From IMG/VR virus record IMGVR_UViG_3300002835_000018: DNA of 64,000 nucleotides. One strand, given 5' to 3'. Positions 39,647-48,620 of this stretch are shown in pieces. Under the pieces are notes generated by a model, which saw only the letters and a list, made by a program, of their open reading frames with translations, was not told where the DNA came from and did no database searches. Made by a program: the position numbers and the translations under genes. The number at the start of each line of letters is the position of its first letter. The first letter of the stretch is position 1. The stretch is from a virus.

Positions 39647-40048
39647 TTAAAGCATCTCCCTTTTATAATTCTCTAACTCTTTCATGAAAAAATCACCTAT
39701 TTCACTCATGTCTATATTTTCTTTATTTTTTTTATATATGCAATATTCTTGTGCTGTTTTTTCACCAGTGTTTAAAAGTCTTCTTGATTTGTTTATAACT
39801 GGACCAACTCTTAAAATTGTAGAATTTCCACCATCTTCATCAAGAGTATACATTTTTCCTATGGAAACATTTTCATATGGGTCCATACCAACCATTTCAC
39901 CACCATTTTCTACTACATCACATATTATTTCATATTCATCTATCTTCTTGTTAATTTTTTTATCTATCAACCTTTTCAAATCTTCAATTTGAATTAATAT
40001 TAATGTTCCAGATTTAAAACTCATTCTTGACAAAACATCAATCCTCAT
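39647..40048 (-). CDS. hypothetical protein
   Basis: 133 aa ORF. Confidence 0.6.
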   Translation of the reverse strand: MRIDVLSRMSFKSGTLILIQIEDLKRLIDKKINKKIDEYEIICDVVENGGEMVGMDPYENVSIGKMYTLDEDGGNSTILRVGPVINKSRRLLNTGEKTAQEYCIYKKNKENIDMSEIGDFFMKELENYKREML

Positions 40049-40625
40049 TTATTTCTCCTAGTTTGTTTTCATCTTGAGTTAATTCTTTTAAAGATTCTTC
40101 TGGTGTTTTTTTAGAAACATCAAAAATTGCTGCTTCTGTCAAACAACCATAAAAATCAATAGCTAAGAAACTTGGGTCAATCTTACAAAATGGTTTCATT
40201 GTTTGTCTTTTGTTAGTCATAACAATTACAAACTTTGTGTTTTCACTTATCGATTTTTTAAAATCATTTATATACTCTACTAAACCAATTGTTTTATCGT
40301 CAGAAATAAAAGAGTCAATGTCTTTAAAAACAACAATGTTATTATAAGCTACTTTTTTACTCATTTTTATTTCATAAAACATATTTAGGTAAAAATCACT
40401 CTCTTTATACAGATGACATGAATTAACAATATCACATTTGTATGGAGATACATCAAATGTTTCTAACTTGTTTTCATTACAAAAATGTAAAATTTGATTT
40501 GTTAAAAATCTTTTATACGCTTCATTTTTATAATAAATCAATAATATTTTTTCGTCTGTTTTTCTAAATGTTATGCTATTTTTTATTTTTTTGTTTAGTC
40601 TTTCTAACAAGGAATCAATGTTCAT
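40038..40625 (-). CDS. hypothetical protein
   Basis: 195 aa ORF. Confidence 0.65.
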   Translation of the reverse strand: MNIDSLLERLNKKIKNSITFRKTDEKILLIYYKNEAYKRFLTNQILHFCNENKLETFDVSPYKCDIVNSCHLYKESDFYLNMFYEIKMSKKVAYNNIVVFKDIDSFISDDKTIGLVEYINDFKKSISENTKFVIVMTNKRQTMKPFCKIDPSFLAIDFYGCLTEAAIFDVSKKTPEESLKELTQDENKLGEINED

Positions 40626-40627
40626 TT

Positions 40628-40897
40628 TTACCTCGAAACAAGAAAGAATTTTTCATTAATTTTTTCTATTGAATACTTTAATATTGTTTTTCCATCCTCT
40701 TCAACTATTAAAATTGCCATTGGCATATACATATACTCTAACATATATATGTCTTGAATAACTTTTGTAGCTATATCTTCAGAGTTTTCTATTTTTCCAA
40801 TAGGTTTTTTGCAAACTTCCATATTGTTGTTAACATATTGAATATATGCGTAATACATATTAGTACCAAGAATATAAGCAAAATCCATTATTGCCAT
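40628..40897 (-). CDS. hypothetical protein
   Basis: ORF; true start may be 40859. Confidence 0.5.
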   Translation of the reverse strand: MAIMDFAYILGTNMYYAYIQYVNNNMEVCKKPIGKIENSEDIATKVIQDIYMLEYMYMPMAILIVEEDGKTILKYSIEKINEKFFLVSR

Positions 40898-41198
40898 AAA
40901 TTTCTAACATTCTTTGAAAATTTTCAAGGTCACAAATTTCAAAATCTTTTAAACTTGAGTTATTTTCTTTAATTCTTTTAATGTGTGCTTTTAAAATCTC
41001 TGATGATTTTAACACTTCTTCATTTGTAAGTACATTATATAAAGAAAATCCTGTTAGTGGTTTAAAAACTTTTTCATATCGTTTGCCTAAAAAAGTTGCA
41101 TTGTTGTAGTCTATTTTATAACCATCAATATTTAATCTGCTTAAATCTATTTCTGTTTTATTGCCACCTTGCCAACTATTTGTTAATTCTTTGTTCAT
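40860..41198 (-). CDS. hypothetical protein
   Basis: 112 aa ORF. Confidence 0.6.
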   Translation of the reverse strand: MNKELTNSWQGGNKTEIDLSRLNIDGYKIDYNNATFLGKRYEKVFKPLTGFSLYNVLTNEEVLKSSEILKAHIKRIKENNSSLKDFEICDLENFQRMLEIYGNNGFCLYSWY

Positions 41199-41220
41199 TT
41201 TTTACTATCCATTTCAATAT

Positions 41221-41246
41221 AAAAAGGGGGCAAAAGCCCCCCTTTT
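41221..41246. terminator. intrinsic terminator
   Basis: AAAAAGGGGGC-AAAA-GCCCCCCTTTT hairpin with A/T tails on both sides. Confidence 0.8.
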
Positions 41247-41256
41247 ACATTTATTT

Positions 41257-41499
41257 TTAACGACACGCCTTTTTAAAAATCTTAAATTTTGATTTCTTGG
41301 CACAAGTTGTATTCTGATTGCAAGATTTAGTTGCAACTTCCTGTTTTTTAACAACTTCAACCTTAGAAGATTTAGTTGCTTCTGTAAAAACAGATCCAGA
41401 ACACGATCCATTTGAGCAAGAAGATCCACCACGAATCTTAATAATGTCAATGGACTCAACACTCGCAGCACAAGCGATACCCAAAACAAAACTAAACAT
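41257..41499 (-). CDS. small secreted Cys-rich peptide
   Basis: AGGAGG RBS, hydrophobic N-terminus, CSNGSC, basic tail. Confidence 0.7.
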   Translation of the reverse strand: MFSFVLGIACAASVESIDIIKIRGGSSCSNGSCSGSVFTEATKSSKVEVVKKQEVATKSCNQNTTCAKKSKFKIFKKACR

Positions 41500-41602
41500 A
41501 ACACACCTCCTATAGTTAGAACAGAAACCTCTGGCAACATGCCATTGGTATACTATTCGTTCTTCCTGTTAAAAATTTAGGTTATCAAAAAAAATTTTAT
41601 AA

Positions 41603-42538
41603 TCAAGATGTTTTGTTGTTGTTTGTTATTATATCTTGAAAAACTCTGTCTATTGTCAAAACAGCTTCTTCCATATCTGTCATCATAGATATATGGTTTT
41701 GAAGATTAGAATTATCTATCGGTTTTTTTATTAAATTTATCAATTGTTCTTTATTTTTAAATGTTCCTAATTCAAAGTCTTTAATTATTTCTATTGGAAC
41801 AAATCCTTCTGTCTTGTCATATCTCTTAAATATTCCTTGATCTATAGGAACTAATACCCTCGTTCCTCTTGCAACCATATCAATTACAGAGTTTTCGTAA
41901 CTTCCTGGGTGTGTCAGTATAAAAGATTCTATTCTAGATGTTTTTTCCATGTACTCTTTATAATTACATTTAAATATTGGTTCTATAATTTTTGAATGTG
42001 GCTTATCATTTTTTTTTGTAAGCTGATAAATCTTATATCCTTCACTCACAATTTCTTCTAACCAATCTGTTATTTCTACAGATATGTCTTTTCCAAAACC
42101 TATTTGTTGATTGTGATCGTCTAAAAGAATTGTTTTCGCTATTTTTTCTTCGTGTTTAAACAATCTTTTTGAGCATGGGTATGGAATATAACACTCTGGA
42201 GAACTTTCCCTTAAATTTGCAAATGAATAATCCCACGAACTTTTATTTTCTAAAAAGGTTGAAGTTTTATAATTAACTTTTTCTTTTGCTAAACAATTAT
42301 TGTTTACAACATTTAATGTGTATAAAGATGTTAATAAAAAATCGCTTTTTGGAATTTTATCAAATGTTTTTTCTGGATTAAGTTCTGTTCTCCAATCAAA
42401 TGGAACAGCTTTTAAATTTACATGATTTAATTTTGAAAAAAATTCAAGCAATCCTGTTGAGAACCTTTCCATACTGTTTAAAGATTCTTCAACAGAATTT
42501 ACAAATTTACCATATAAGCATAAAGAATAATTAATCAA
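41603..42538 (-). CDS. hypothetical protein (possible GT-B fold)
   Basis: 311 aa; THPGSYENSVIDMVARG resembles a GT-B donor motif. Confidence 0.55.
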   Translation of the reverse strand: MINYSLCLYGKFVNSVEESLNSMERFSTGLLEFFSKLNHVNLKAVPFDWRTELNPEKTFDKIPKSDFLLTSLYTLNVVNNNCLAKEKVNYKTSTFLENKSSWDYSFANLRESSPECYIPYPCSKRLFKHEEKIAKTILLDDHNQQIGFGKDISVEITDWLEEIVSEGYKIYQLTKKNDKPHSKIIEPIFKCNYKEYMEKTSRIESFILTHPGSYENSVIDMVARGTRVLVPIDQGIFKRYDKTEGFVPIEIIKDFELGTFKNKEQLINLIKKPIDNSNLQNHISMMTDMEEAVLTIDRVFQDIITNNNKTS

Positions 42539-43812
42539 AATATATCTAACGATTTTCCTTCTGATATAGGTATTGGTCGCCCTAAATTATCTCGAATTTG
42601 AAACATTGGGTCTAAACCCAAAGCTTTGTACACTGTAGCATAAATATCTGAAATGCTGCAAGGCTTGTCTTTAATGTCCATGCCATCAGAGGTTGTAGAT
42701 CCATAAACCTGTCCACCTTTGATAGTACCACCCCCAAGAACCACAGACCAACATCTGGCCCAATGATCACGACCAGCATTCTGATTGATCTTAGGTGTGC
42801 GACCAAACTCGCCCATCCACATAACTACAGTATCTTTCCACATACCCATATCTACCAAGTCCTTGACCAAATATCCCATGCCCATATCAAGACGATTCCC
42901 ATTCCCATTCCTAATAGTACTAAAGATATTGCTATGATTATCCCATCCACCCAGGTCGATTTGTACACAGCTAACTCCTTTAGAAATTAACTTTCTAGCA
43001 AGAAGACAACCCATTCCAAAGTTATTTCCTCTACCACCATAAGACTCAATCGTTTTAGGATTTTCGTCTTTTAGTTCAAAGATTGTTTTTAGCGGAGATA
43101 GTGTAAGATCAAAGGCTTTGCCATAGATATTAGAATGAGATTGAGCATGATTGCCCATAGCTTCTCTAGCCACACTATTTTTAATGTGAGGTGCAATTCT
43201 TTCCGAAAAATCGTCTTCCAATGTATAAAACAGTCTTTGTCTTCGTCTAAGTCTTTCTTCATCATCTATTTCCTTTGGTGCTTTAATGTTTTCTGGTGGA
43301 GTTCCAGCATTTTGAACCGTGAATGGTGCAAGATTTGTTCCTAAAAATCCTGGCCCAATTCTTTGTGCTGAATTTCCAATACCAATAAATCCTGGTAAGG
43401 GTAGTTCTTTTGATGTTAAAAGCGAAGATGTTACTGATCCAATGGATGGATACTGCACAACAACGCTTGGTTGATGCCCAGTATTCATTAAAACAGTTCC
43501 TCTCTCATGACTTCCTTCGTTAGTCACAAGAGATCGAACAGCAACTAAATTGTGAAACTGAGAAGCGATTGTTGGAAGAACTTCACTAATGCTAACCCCA
43601 TTTGCTGAAGTAAGTATTTGTTTAAATTCACCACCATTTGCTTGACCCTGCTTTAAATCCCAAAGATCCATATGGCTAGGACCACCGCCCATCCACAATA
43701 CAATAAGCTTTTTTCCAGACTTTTTAAGCGTTTCTTCTTGTGCCTTAACTTTGCTCACAAAAGAAAGTGCTGAAATTCCAGCCGTATGTTTTATAAAATG
43801 TCTTCTGTTCAT
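42535..43812 (-). CDS. DUF1501-family protein with Tat signal
   Basis: NRRHFIK, GGGPSHMDLWD, GWDNH, GEFGRTP, GRDHW. Confidence 0.93.
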   Translation of the reverse strand: MNRRHFIKHTAGISALSFVSKVKAQEETLKKSGKKLIVLWMGGGPSHMDLWDLKQGQANGGEFKQILTSANGVSISEVLPTIASQFHNLVAVRSLVTNEGSHERGTVLMNTGHQPSVVVQYPSIGSVTSSLLTSKELPLPGFIGIGNSAQRIGPGFLGTNLAPFTVQNAGTPPENIKAPKEIDDEERLRRRQRLFYTLEDDFSERIAPHIKNSVAREAMGNHAQSHSNIYGKAFDLTLSPLKTIFELKDENPKTIESYGGRGNNFGMGCLLARKLISKGVSCVQIDLGGWDNHSNIFSTIRNGNGNRLDMGMGYLVKDLVDMGMWKDTVVMWMGEFGRTPKINQNAGRDHWARCWSVVLGGGTIKGGQVYGSTTSDGMDIKDKPCSISDIYATVYKALGLDPMFQIRDNLGRPIPISEGKSLDIF

Positions 43813-44039
43813 CTTTTCTCCGATCTTGGAATTGTTGGTGTGAACAATATGTCTTTTGGTTTTAAATCAACTGCATTATCTCGCATGATTTTAATGTTTT
43901 TTGGTGCTCTAATACGCACTCTAACTTGATTTGAAGATACATTTATTTCTTTAATGGTAACCTCTATATCACCAGAATCTGTATAAATAGTAAAAGCTTC
44001 ATTCAACTTTCTAGCAAAAACTAAACTTCCAATTTCCAT
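43809..44039 (-). CDS. csrA: carbon storage regulator CsrA homologue
   Basis: LVFARKLNEAFTI...QVRVRIRAPKNIKIMRD; AGGAGG RBS. Confidence 0.85.
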   Translation of the reverse strand: MEIGSLVFARKLNEAFTIYTDSGDIEVTIKEINVSSNQVRVRIRAPKNIKIMRDNAVDLKPKDILFTPTIPRSEKR

Positions 44040-44062
44040 AATAATTCCTCCTAAAATTTATC

Positions 44063-44128
44063 ATAAGGTGTCTCTGGTCAACACAACCAGTAAGACTTTT
44101 CCCACCAACATAAGTCCAGACACCTTAT
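44063..44128 (-). promoter_or_regulatory. three-way-junction RNA upstream of csrA
   Basis: Perfect 11-bp outer stem enclosing two 5-bp hairpins. Confidence 0.55.
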
Positions 44129-44136
44129 AATTTCAG

Positions 44137-44424
44137 TTAATATCCCTTTTTATTACATTCAACACTAACTCTTGCTATATCAGATACTTTTAACAGTACA
44201 GATATTAGTTCGTTATTTTTAGTTTTTAGTTCCTCATTAGAAGAAATTAATGATGCATTAATATTTTCTAACTCAATATAATCTAACTCTAAGTCATTAA
44301 ATTTTGCTTTTAGCAAGTTAAGCTCAGAAACAAATTCTGCTATTGATTTATCTTGTTGCTTTAATTTGCAACCTCCACAATTCTTTTTCTTTTCCTTGCC
44401 AAAAAGCCAATCGTAAATCATCAT
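44137..44424 (-). CDS. coiled-coil hypothetical protein
   Basis: Heptad Leu pattern; AAGGAG RBS. Confidence 0.65.
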   Translation of the reverse strand: MMIYDWLFGKEKKKNCGGCKLKQQDKSIAEFVSELNLLKAKFNDLELDYIELENINASLISSNEELKTKNNELISVLLKVSDIARVSVECNKKGY

Positions 44425-44752
44425 ATCTTTTCTCCTTGGGTTATGTATTCCTTACACATACTGTTATTCGTTTAACACTCAAAAAAATTTATCGGAATCC
44501 TCATTTAATATATCTTTTATTAATTTCATTATAAGCAAATATACTATTGCGTAACATACATATTGAAAAAAAGCACAAATGTAGTTATCAAACAACATTT
44601 TCTTTTCTCAATACTTTAATAGTTCCGTTTTCAACCACTATCTTTACATCAATGTCATCTTGATTTGTGTCTATACCAATAGACTTTAGCATTTCGTTTG
44701 TAAATATGATTATATATGAATCATCTGTATCCATGTCTGTTTACCCATATGA

Positions 44753-44968
44753 TTACAAACAATCCCAAAGTTTTTTATTGGTATCCCAATCTGGAACTTG
44801 CCTTTTATCTATACCAGCATACAACCAATGGTTTTCCATTTCTTCTTGATGAGTTTTTATGGCTTCTTCAAGCTTTTTGATTCTTTCATATTGCAATGTA
44901 AAATGAAATTGCAATTCAAGATTGAAATCTTCCAAAGTTTTAATTTGTTTTTGCTCAATATTATTCAT
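44753..44968 (-). CDS. hypothetical protein
   Basis: ATGA-coupled ORF. Confidence 0.55.
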   Translation of the reverse strand: MNNIEQKQIKTLEDFNLELQFHFTLQYERIKKLEEAIKTHQEEMENHWLYAGIDKRQVPDWDTNKKLWDCL

Positions 44969-45921
44969 GTTGCTGGATCTGTTACGGTAAAATCGTTAAA
45001 TGTTTTAAAACTATATGTTATCGTTGCATTTCCACCATCTGTACCGCCACCCTGATAATTTGCAGATTGCAACTTATTCTTCTTTCCAAGGTCTATTATT
45101 GTTCCATTTAAGAAAACCAATTTTATTTCTTCATCTGTAAGATTATTGGCATCTTCAACAACGCCTATCTGATCACCCTTTTTTGCTATAATTTCAAATT
45201 CTGCTGTTACTTCTACTGGAAATTTTGCATATCTAAAATATGGAACTTTGCTTCCAAGCTCAAGTATTTTTTCTCTAGTTATATTTGCACTAACAGACAT
45301 TGATTGAAACGATGATATTGCTGGTATGCAATTTGGTATTTTTGAAGCACCAATGTTAACATGCTGTCTTCTTTGTACGGTTAAATCTGGTTCATCATCT
45401 GGAACATTTGTTGCCGGAAGATTATCTATGTACCATTCTCCATTTGATGGGCTTAAAGCATTTGTCCAAATCTTATGATTTCCAACAATGGTTATAGATT
45501 CTGTTGCATTTCCTTCAACTGCTATTTTATATGTTATTTGGCTTACAACACCACTTTTCATTACACAACCAGCTTTTGCTGTACCAGTTGCAGCTACAGA
45601 TGTGTCATCAAAAATAGCTAACGCTACAGAGCATTGTGCTACTGATTTTGCTGATAAGGTAGTTCCAGCAGCACTCGCTGTTGCTAAAGCGTAAAGAAGT
45701 GGCCTTCCGTCTAATACTTTTTCTAAAGTTACTTCAACATCAGGAACATTTTCAACATTTTCATAAATTGAAATCATACCAACTTCAAAAATTTGTTCTA
45801 AGTTAAACTGTGTGTTTATTCCAACGCTCTGAACACCATGAGCAACAGTAAAATTTGCACCGTCTTTGTCACCAATTCCAACTGCTTGGCAAGCATAAAA
45901 TATTCTTCTGTTGATTGTCAT
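44965..45921 (-). CDS. putative tail tube-like structural protein
   Basis: Beta-rich, Ala/Thr/Val-rich; HGVQSVGINTQFNLEQIFEVG, ELGSKVPYFRY. Confidence 0.55.
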   Translation of the reverse strand: MTINRRIFYACQAVGIGDKDGANFTVAHGVQSVGINTQFNLEQIFEVGMISIYENVENVPDVEVTLEKVLDGRPLLYALATASAAGTTLSAKSVAQCSVALAIFDDTSVAATGTAKAGCVMKSGVVSQITYKIAVEGNATESITIVGNHKIWTNALSPSNGEWYIDNLPATNVPDDEPDLTVQRRQHVNIGASKIPNCIPAISSFQSMSVSANITREKILELGSKVPYFRYAKFPVEVTAEFEIIAKKGDQIGVVEDANNLTDEEIKLVFLNGTIIDLGKKNKLQSANYQGGGTDGGNATITYSFKTFNDFTVTDPAT

Positions 45922-46113
45922 TTATGCTCCCTAAAGTTTTTATAAAATTTTATTTTTCTTTTATTAAAATAATTTTTTCACATCTACATTTTGGGCATTG
46001 TTCTGGATCTTCTAAACCTTCCCAGTAGAATTTAAATGCACAGTAAGAACAAGTATACCATTTTTTACAGTCTTCCATTATAAATACCCCATTGTTGACA
46101 CAATAAAACTTGG

Positions 46114-46359
46114 CTATTTTTCAATAAATGCTTTTGCACACTCTTCGCACATCTCTTCCCATCCTTCACCAAGTATTCTATTTGCACGATCTACATTCGT
46201 CATACCTATGTTTTTATCGCACACAGGACATAACATTAACGATGTTTTAATTGCACAATTTAAGCATGTGTCAATTGTAACACCATCAACATCTCTTAGC
46301 ATCCATTCCGAAATTTGAATACCGCATTCAGAACAATGATAATCTAATTCTTCATCCAT
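46114..46359 (-). CDS. Zn-finger protein
   Basis: Four CxxC pairs. Confidence 0.7.
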   Translation of the reverse strand: MDEELDYHCSECGIQISEWMLRDVDGVTIDTCLNCAIKTSLMLCPVCDKNIGMTNVDRANRILGEGWEEMCEECAKAFIEK

Positions 46360-46360
46360 T

Positions 46361-46993
46361 TTAAAATTCCTTTATCCAAATATAAGCACGAAAATCACCA
46401 TAAGCCCATATTAGCTCAAATCCTTCAAGTTCTTTTTCACTTAGCGGATATTGTACACCACTTAAAGAAAGCTCTTTGTTAATCACCATCTTTAAAGATT
46501 CACCATTTTCAATCTTATTACGCCATGTAACTCTATTTAAAGCTGTTCCTAAATATCCACCCTTAGATTTCATTTTCTCCAAAACTACAAAAGCACCGCC
46601 AATCATACAATTATTTTTTAAAGAATCAATAAATGTTTCTCTTTTTGATGGATGAATAAAGCATAGAGACAAAATGCATGTAGCAAATGAAAACTCTTCC
46701 ATATAAATATTAAGGAAGTCATCAACGACCACTTCGCTTTCGCCCTTATATCTTTCTGCCATTTCCTTGCATTTTTCCACAGGTATATAGTCTATGTTTC
46801 TCGACTTAATCATACTTGATAAAGCCAACTCTACATTACCTGTGCTTGCCCCAAAATCATAACAATTTGTTTCTTCTGCCATAAATACCGATGCAATTTC
46901 TGGCAAGAAATGATTAACAAAATTACTGTGCCAATATAGTTGTCCAGACAAGTGTTCGTCAAACTTTTCTGCTATTTTTGAGAACTCAAACAT
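46361..46993 (-). CDS. CmoA-like SAM-dependent enzyme
   Basis: FEF..IAEKFDEH, YDFGASTG, GGAFVVLEK, K..NG.S......K...L..V. Confidence 0.8.
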   Translation of the reverse strand: MFEFSKIAEKFDEHLSGQLYWHSNFVNHFLPEIASVFMAEETNCYDFGASTGNVELALSSMIKSRNIDYIPVEKCKEMAERYKGESEVVVDDFLNIYMEEFSFATCILSLCFIHPSKRETFIDSLKNNCMIGGAFVVLEKMKSKGGYLGTALNRVTWRNKIENGESLKMVINKELSLSGVQYPLSEKELEGFELIWAYGDFRAYIWIKEF

Positions 46994-47874
46994 TCATGAT
47001 ACTCCTTTAAACATTTAGCAATGTATCTAACTGAAGGTACATGCATACCATTATATTTATATTTATCTGTATTTGAAGCACTTTCAATGTGCCAATCGTC
47101 AGGAAAACCCATGAGGCGAAGCCTCTCTGTAGGCGTTACTCTGCGTATATTTCCATTAGAAACTACTAAATCTGTAAATGATTTATAATCTCTTTTTGTT
47201 AAGGTTGATGAGACTCCGCATTCATCAAATTGATCACTTCTTTGGCGAGTAAAGTAGGCAAAGGTTTCATTGAACCACATGCTCTTTTTAAAATTCCATT
47301 CAAAGCTCTTTTTGACAAGTTCCACGCTTTGTTGACAGGTTCTAGTACTACGAGGGCCAAACTGGAGTATATCGCTATTGGCGGGGATTCCATCACGCAC
47401 CCCCAAAATGTAAACCCTACGCCTTCGTTGGGCTGTTCCACAGTATTGGGCATCGAGCGTTGTATAAGTCGCATCGTACCCGATGCTGGCAAGGTCTTGT
47501 AATACCGTTTCAAGCCCTCTTCCAAGCAGCATAAAGACATTTTCAATGACACAGTATTTTGGTTGAACATCTCTAACTGCTCGGAAGAATTCTTTCCATA
47601 GGAACGATCTTTTTCCATATATACCCTCCTTTGATTGGCTTGCTATAGATATGTCTGTGCAGGGAAAACCCCCAACAATTAAATCAAACTGATCTTTTTC
47701 ATATTTTACTTTTGTTACATCTCCATAATTGGGGATATTTGGAAAATTCTTAGCTAAAACTTCAGAAGGATACTTATCTAACTCTGCAAAAGCAGATATT
47801 TTAAAGCCCTCTTTTTGAAATCCTAGAGCAAATCCACCTATCCCCGAAAACATATCATATACTTTTAACATCAA
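46972..47874 (-). CDS. C5-cytosine DNA methyltransferase-family protein
   Basis: FSGIGG, GGFPC, ENV, QRRRR, RRVTPTERLRLMGFPD; atypical motif X. Confidence 0.92.
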   Translation of the reverse strand: MMLKVYDMFSGIGGFALGFQKEGFKISAFAELDKYPSEVLAKNFPNIPNYGDVTKVKYEKDQFDLIVGGFPCTDISIASQSKEGIYGKRSFLWKEFFRAVRDVQPKYCVIENVFMLLGRGLETVLQDLASIGYDATYTTLDAQYCGTAQRRRRVYILGVRDGIPANSDILQFGPRSTRTCQQSVELVKKSFEWNFKKSMWFNETFAYFTRQRSDQFDECGVSSTLTKRDYKSFTDLVVSNGNIRRVTPTERLRLMGFPDDWHIESASNTDKYKYNGMHVPSVRYIAKCLKEYHECLSSQK

Positions 47875-47913
47875 ACCTCCTTGTAAGAAATATGTGTGTG
47901 TTTTTCTTACAAA

Positions 47914-48156
47914 CTAAAAAATATTAAATTCTTGTTTGATTATTTCTTTTATTTCTTTTATGCTTCTAATTTTAATATTATCAGCATCAGAATACATAGG
48001 TTCATTATCTTTAAACATCTCTGGATTAATACATAGTTCCATCTTTTCAAGTTTTGATATTACTCTTTTTCCAGAATTTTTTAAAGCTTGTGATTCCCTA
48101 TAAAAGAATCCAGCAATAAGAATAAAAACAATTGCAAAAACATTAATTGGTTTCAT
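47914..48156 (-). CDS. small membrane-anchored protein
   Basis: N-terminal TM segment. Confidence 0.6.
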   Translation of the reverse strand: MKPINVFAIVFILIAGFFYRESQALKNSGKRVISKLEKMELCINPEMFKDNEPMYSDADNIKIRSIKEIKEIIKQEFNIF

Positions 48157-48554
48157 TATTTTTTATCGCACTTAAAACATGTGACAACATGATCTTTACA
48201 GATATAATCAACTGTTTCGTCAAAGATTGCTTTATGTCCACATTCCAACATTACTGACCACTTATTTGGATATATTGGCAACATTTGTGTATAGTTACCA
48301 ATACAATGCAAGATAAAGCATTTGATTTCTTCTTGAGATTCAAACTCTGTTGCTTGAATGTTCAAGATGCTTAAGTTTGTTTCTGCAATCCTTTTAATGT
48401 TAGATGTTCCAAGCTTTGTGAATGGTTTGTTAATAAACTCTTCAAGAATGGTTACTGCTGCAACCTTATTCTTTCTTAAAAGCCTTTTAACATTTTCGCT
48501 TGCAAACAGCAGATATTTTTCCCCATTGATTTCGATTGGTGCTTTTGATTCCAT
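48156..48554 (-). CDS. hypothetical protein with C-terminal Zn ribbon
   Basis: LECGH...CFKC; GAGGA RBS. Confidence 0.65.
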   Translation of the reverse strand: MESKAPIEINGEKYLLFASENVKRLLRKNKVAAVTILEEFINKPFTKLGTSNIKRIAETNLSILNIQATEFESQEEIKCFILHCIGNYTQMLPIYPNKWSVMLECGHKAIFDETVDYICKDHVVTCFKCDKK

Positions 48555-48620
48555 TGTATCCTCCTATAAAAGTAAATGTTTTGTACATAAAGCTATTCGC
48601 TCAAGGCACATTAATATTTA

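Noticed and set aside
41214-41540. 108-aa ORF overlapping the Cys-rich peptide gene
   Set aside because: It has no RBS and runs through the terminator; the 80-aa frame has AGGAGG at the correct spacing
44063-44128. Hammerhead ribozyme
   Set aside because: The three-way junction lacks the CUGANGA/GAAA core on either strand
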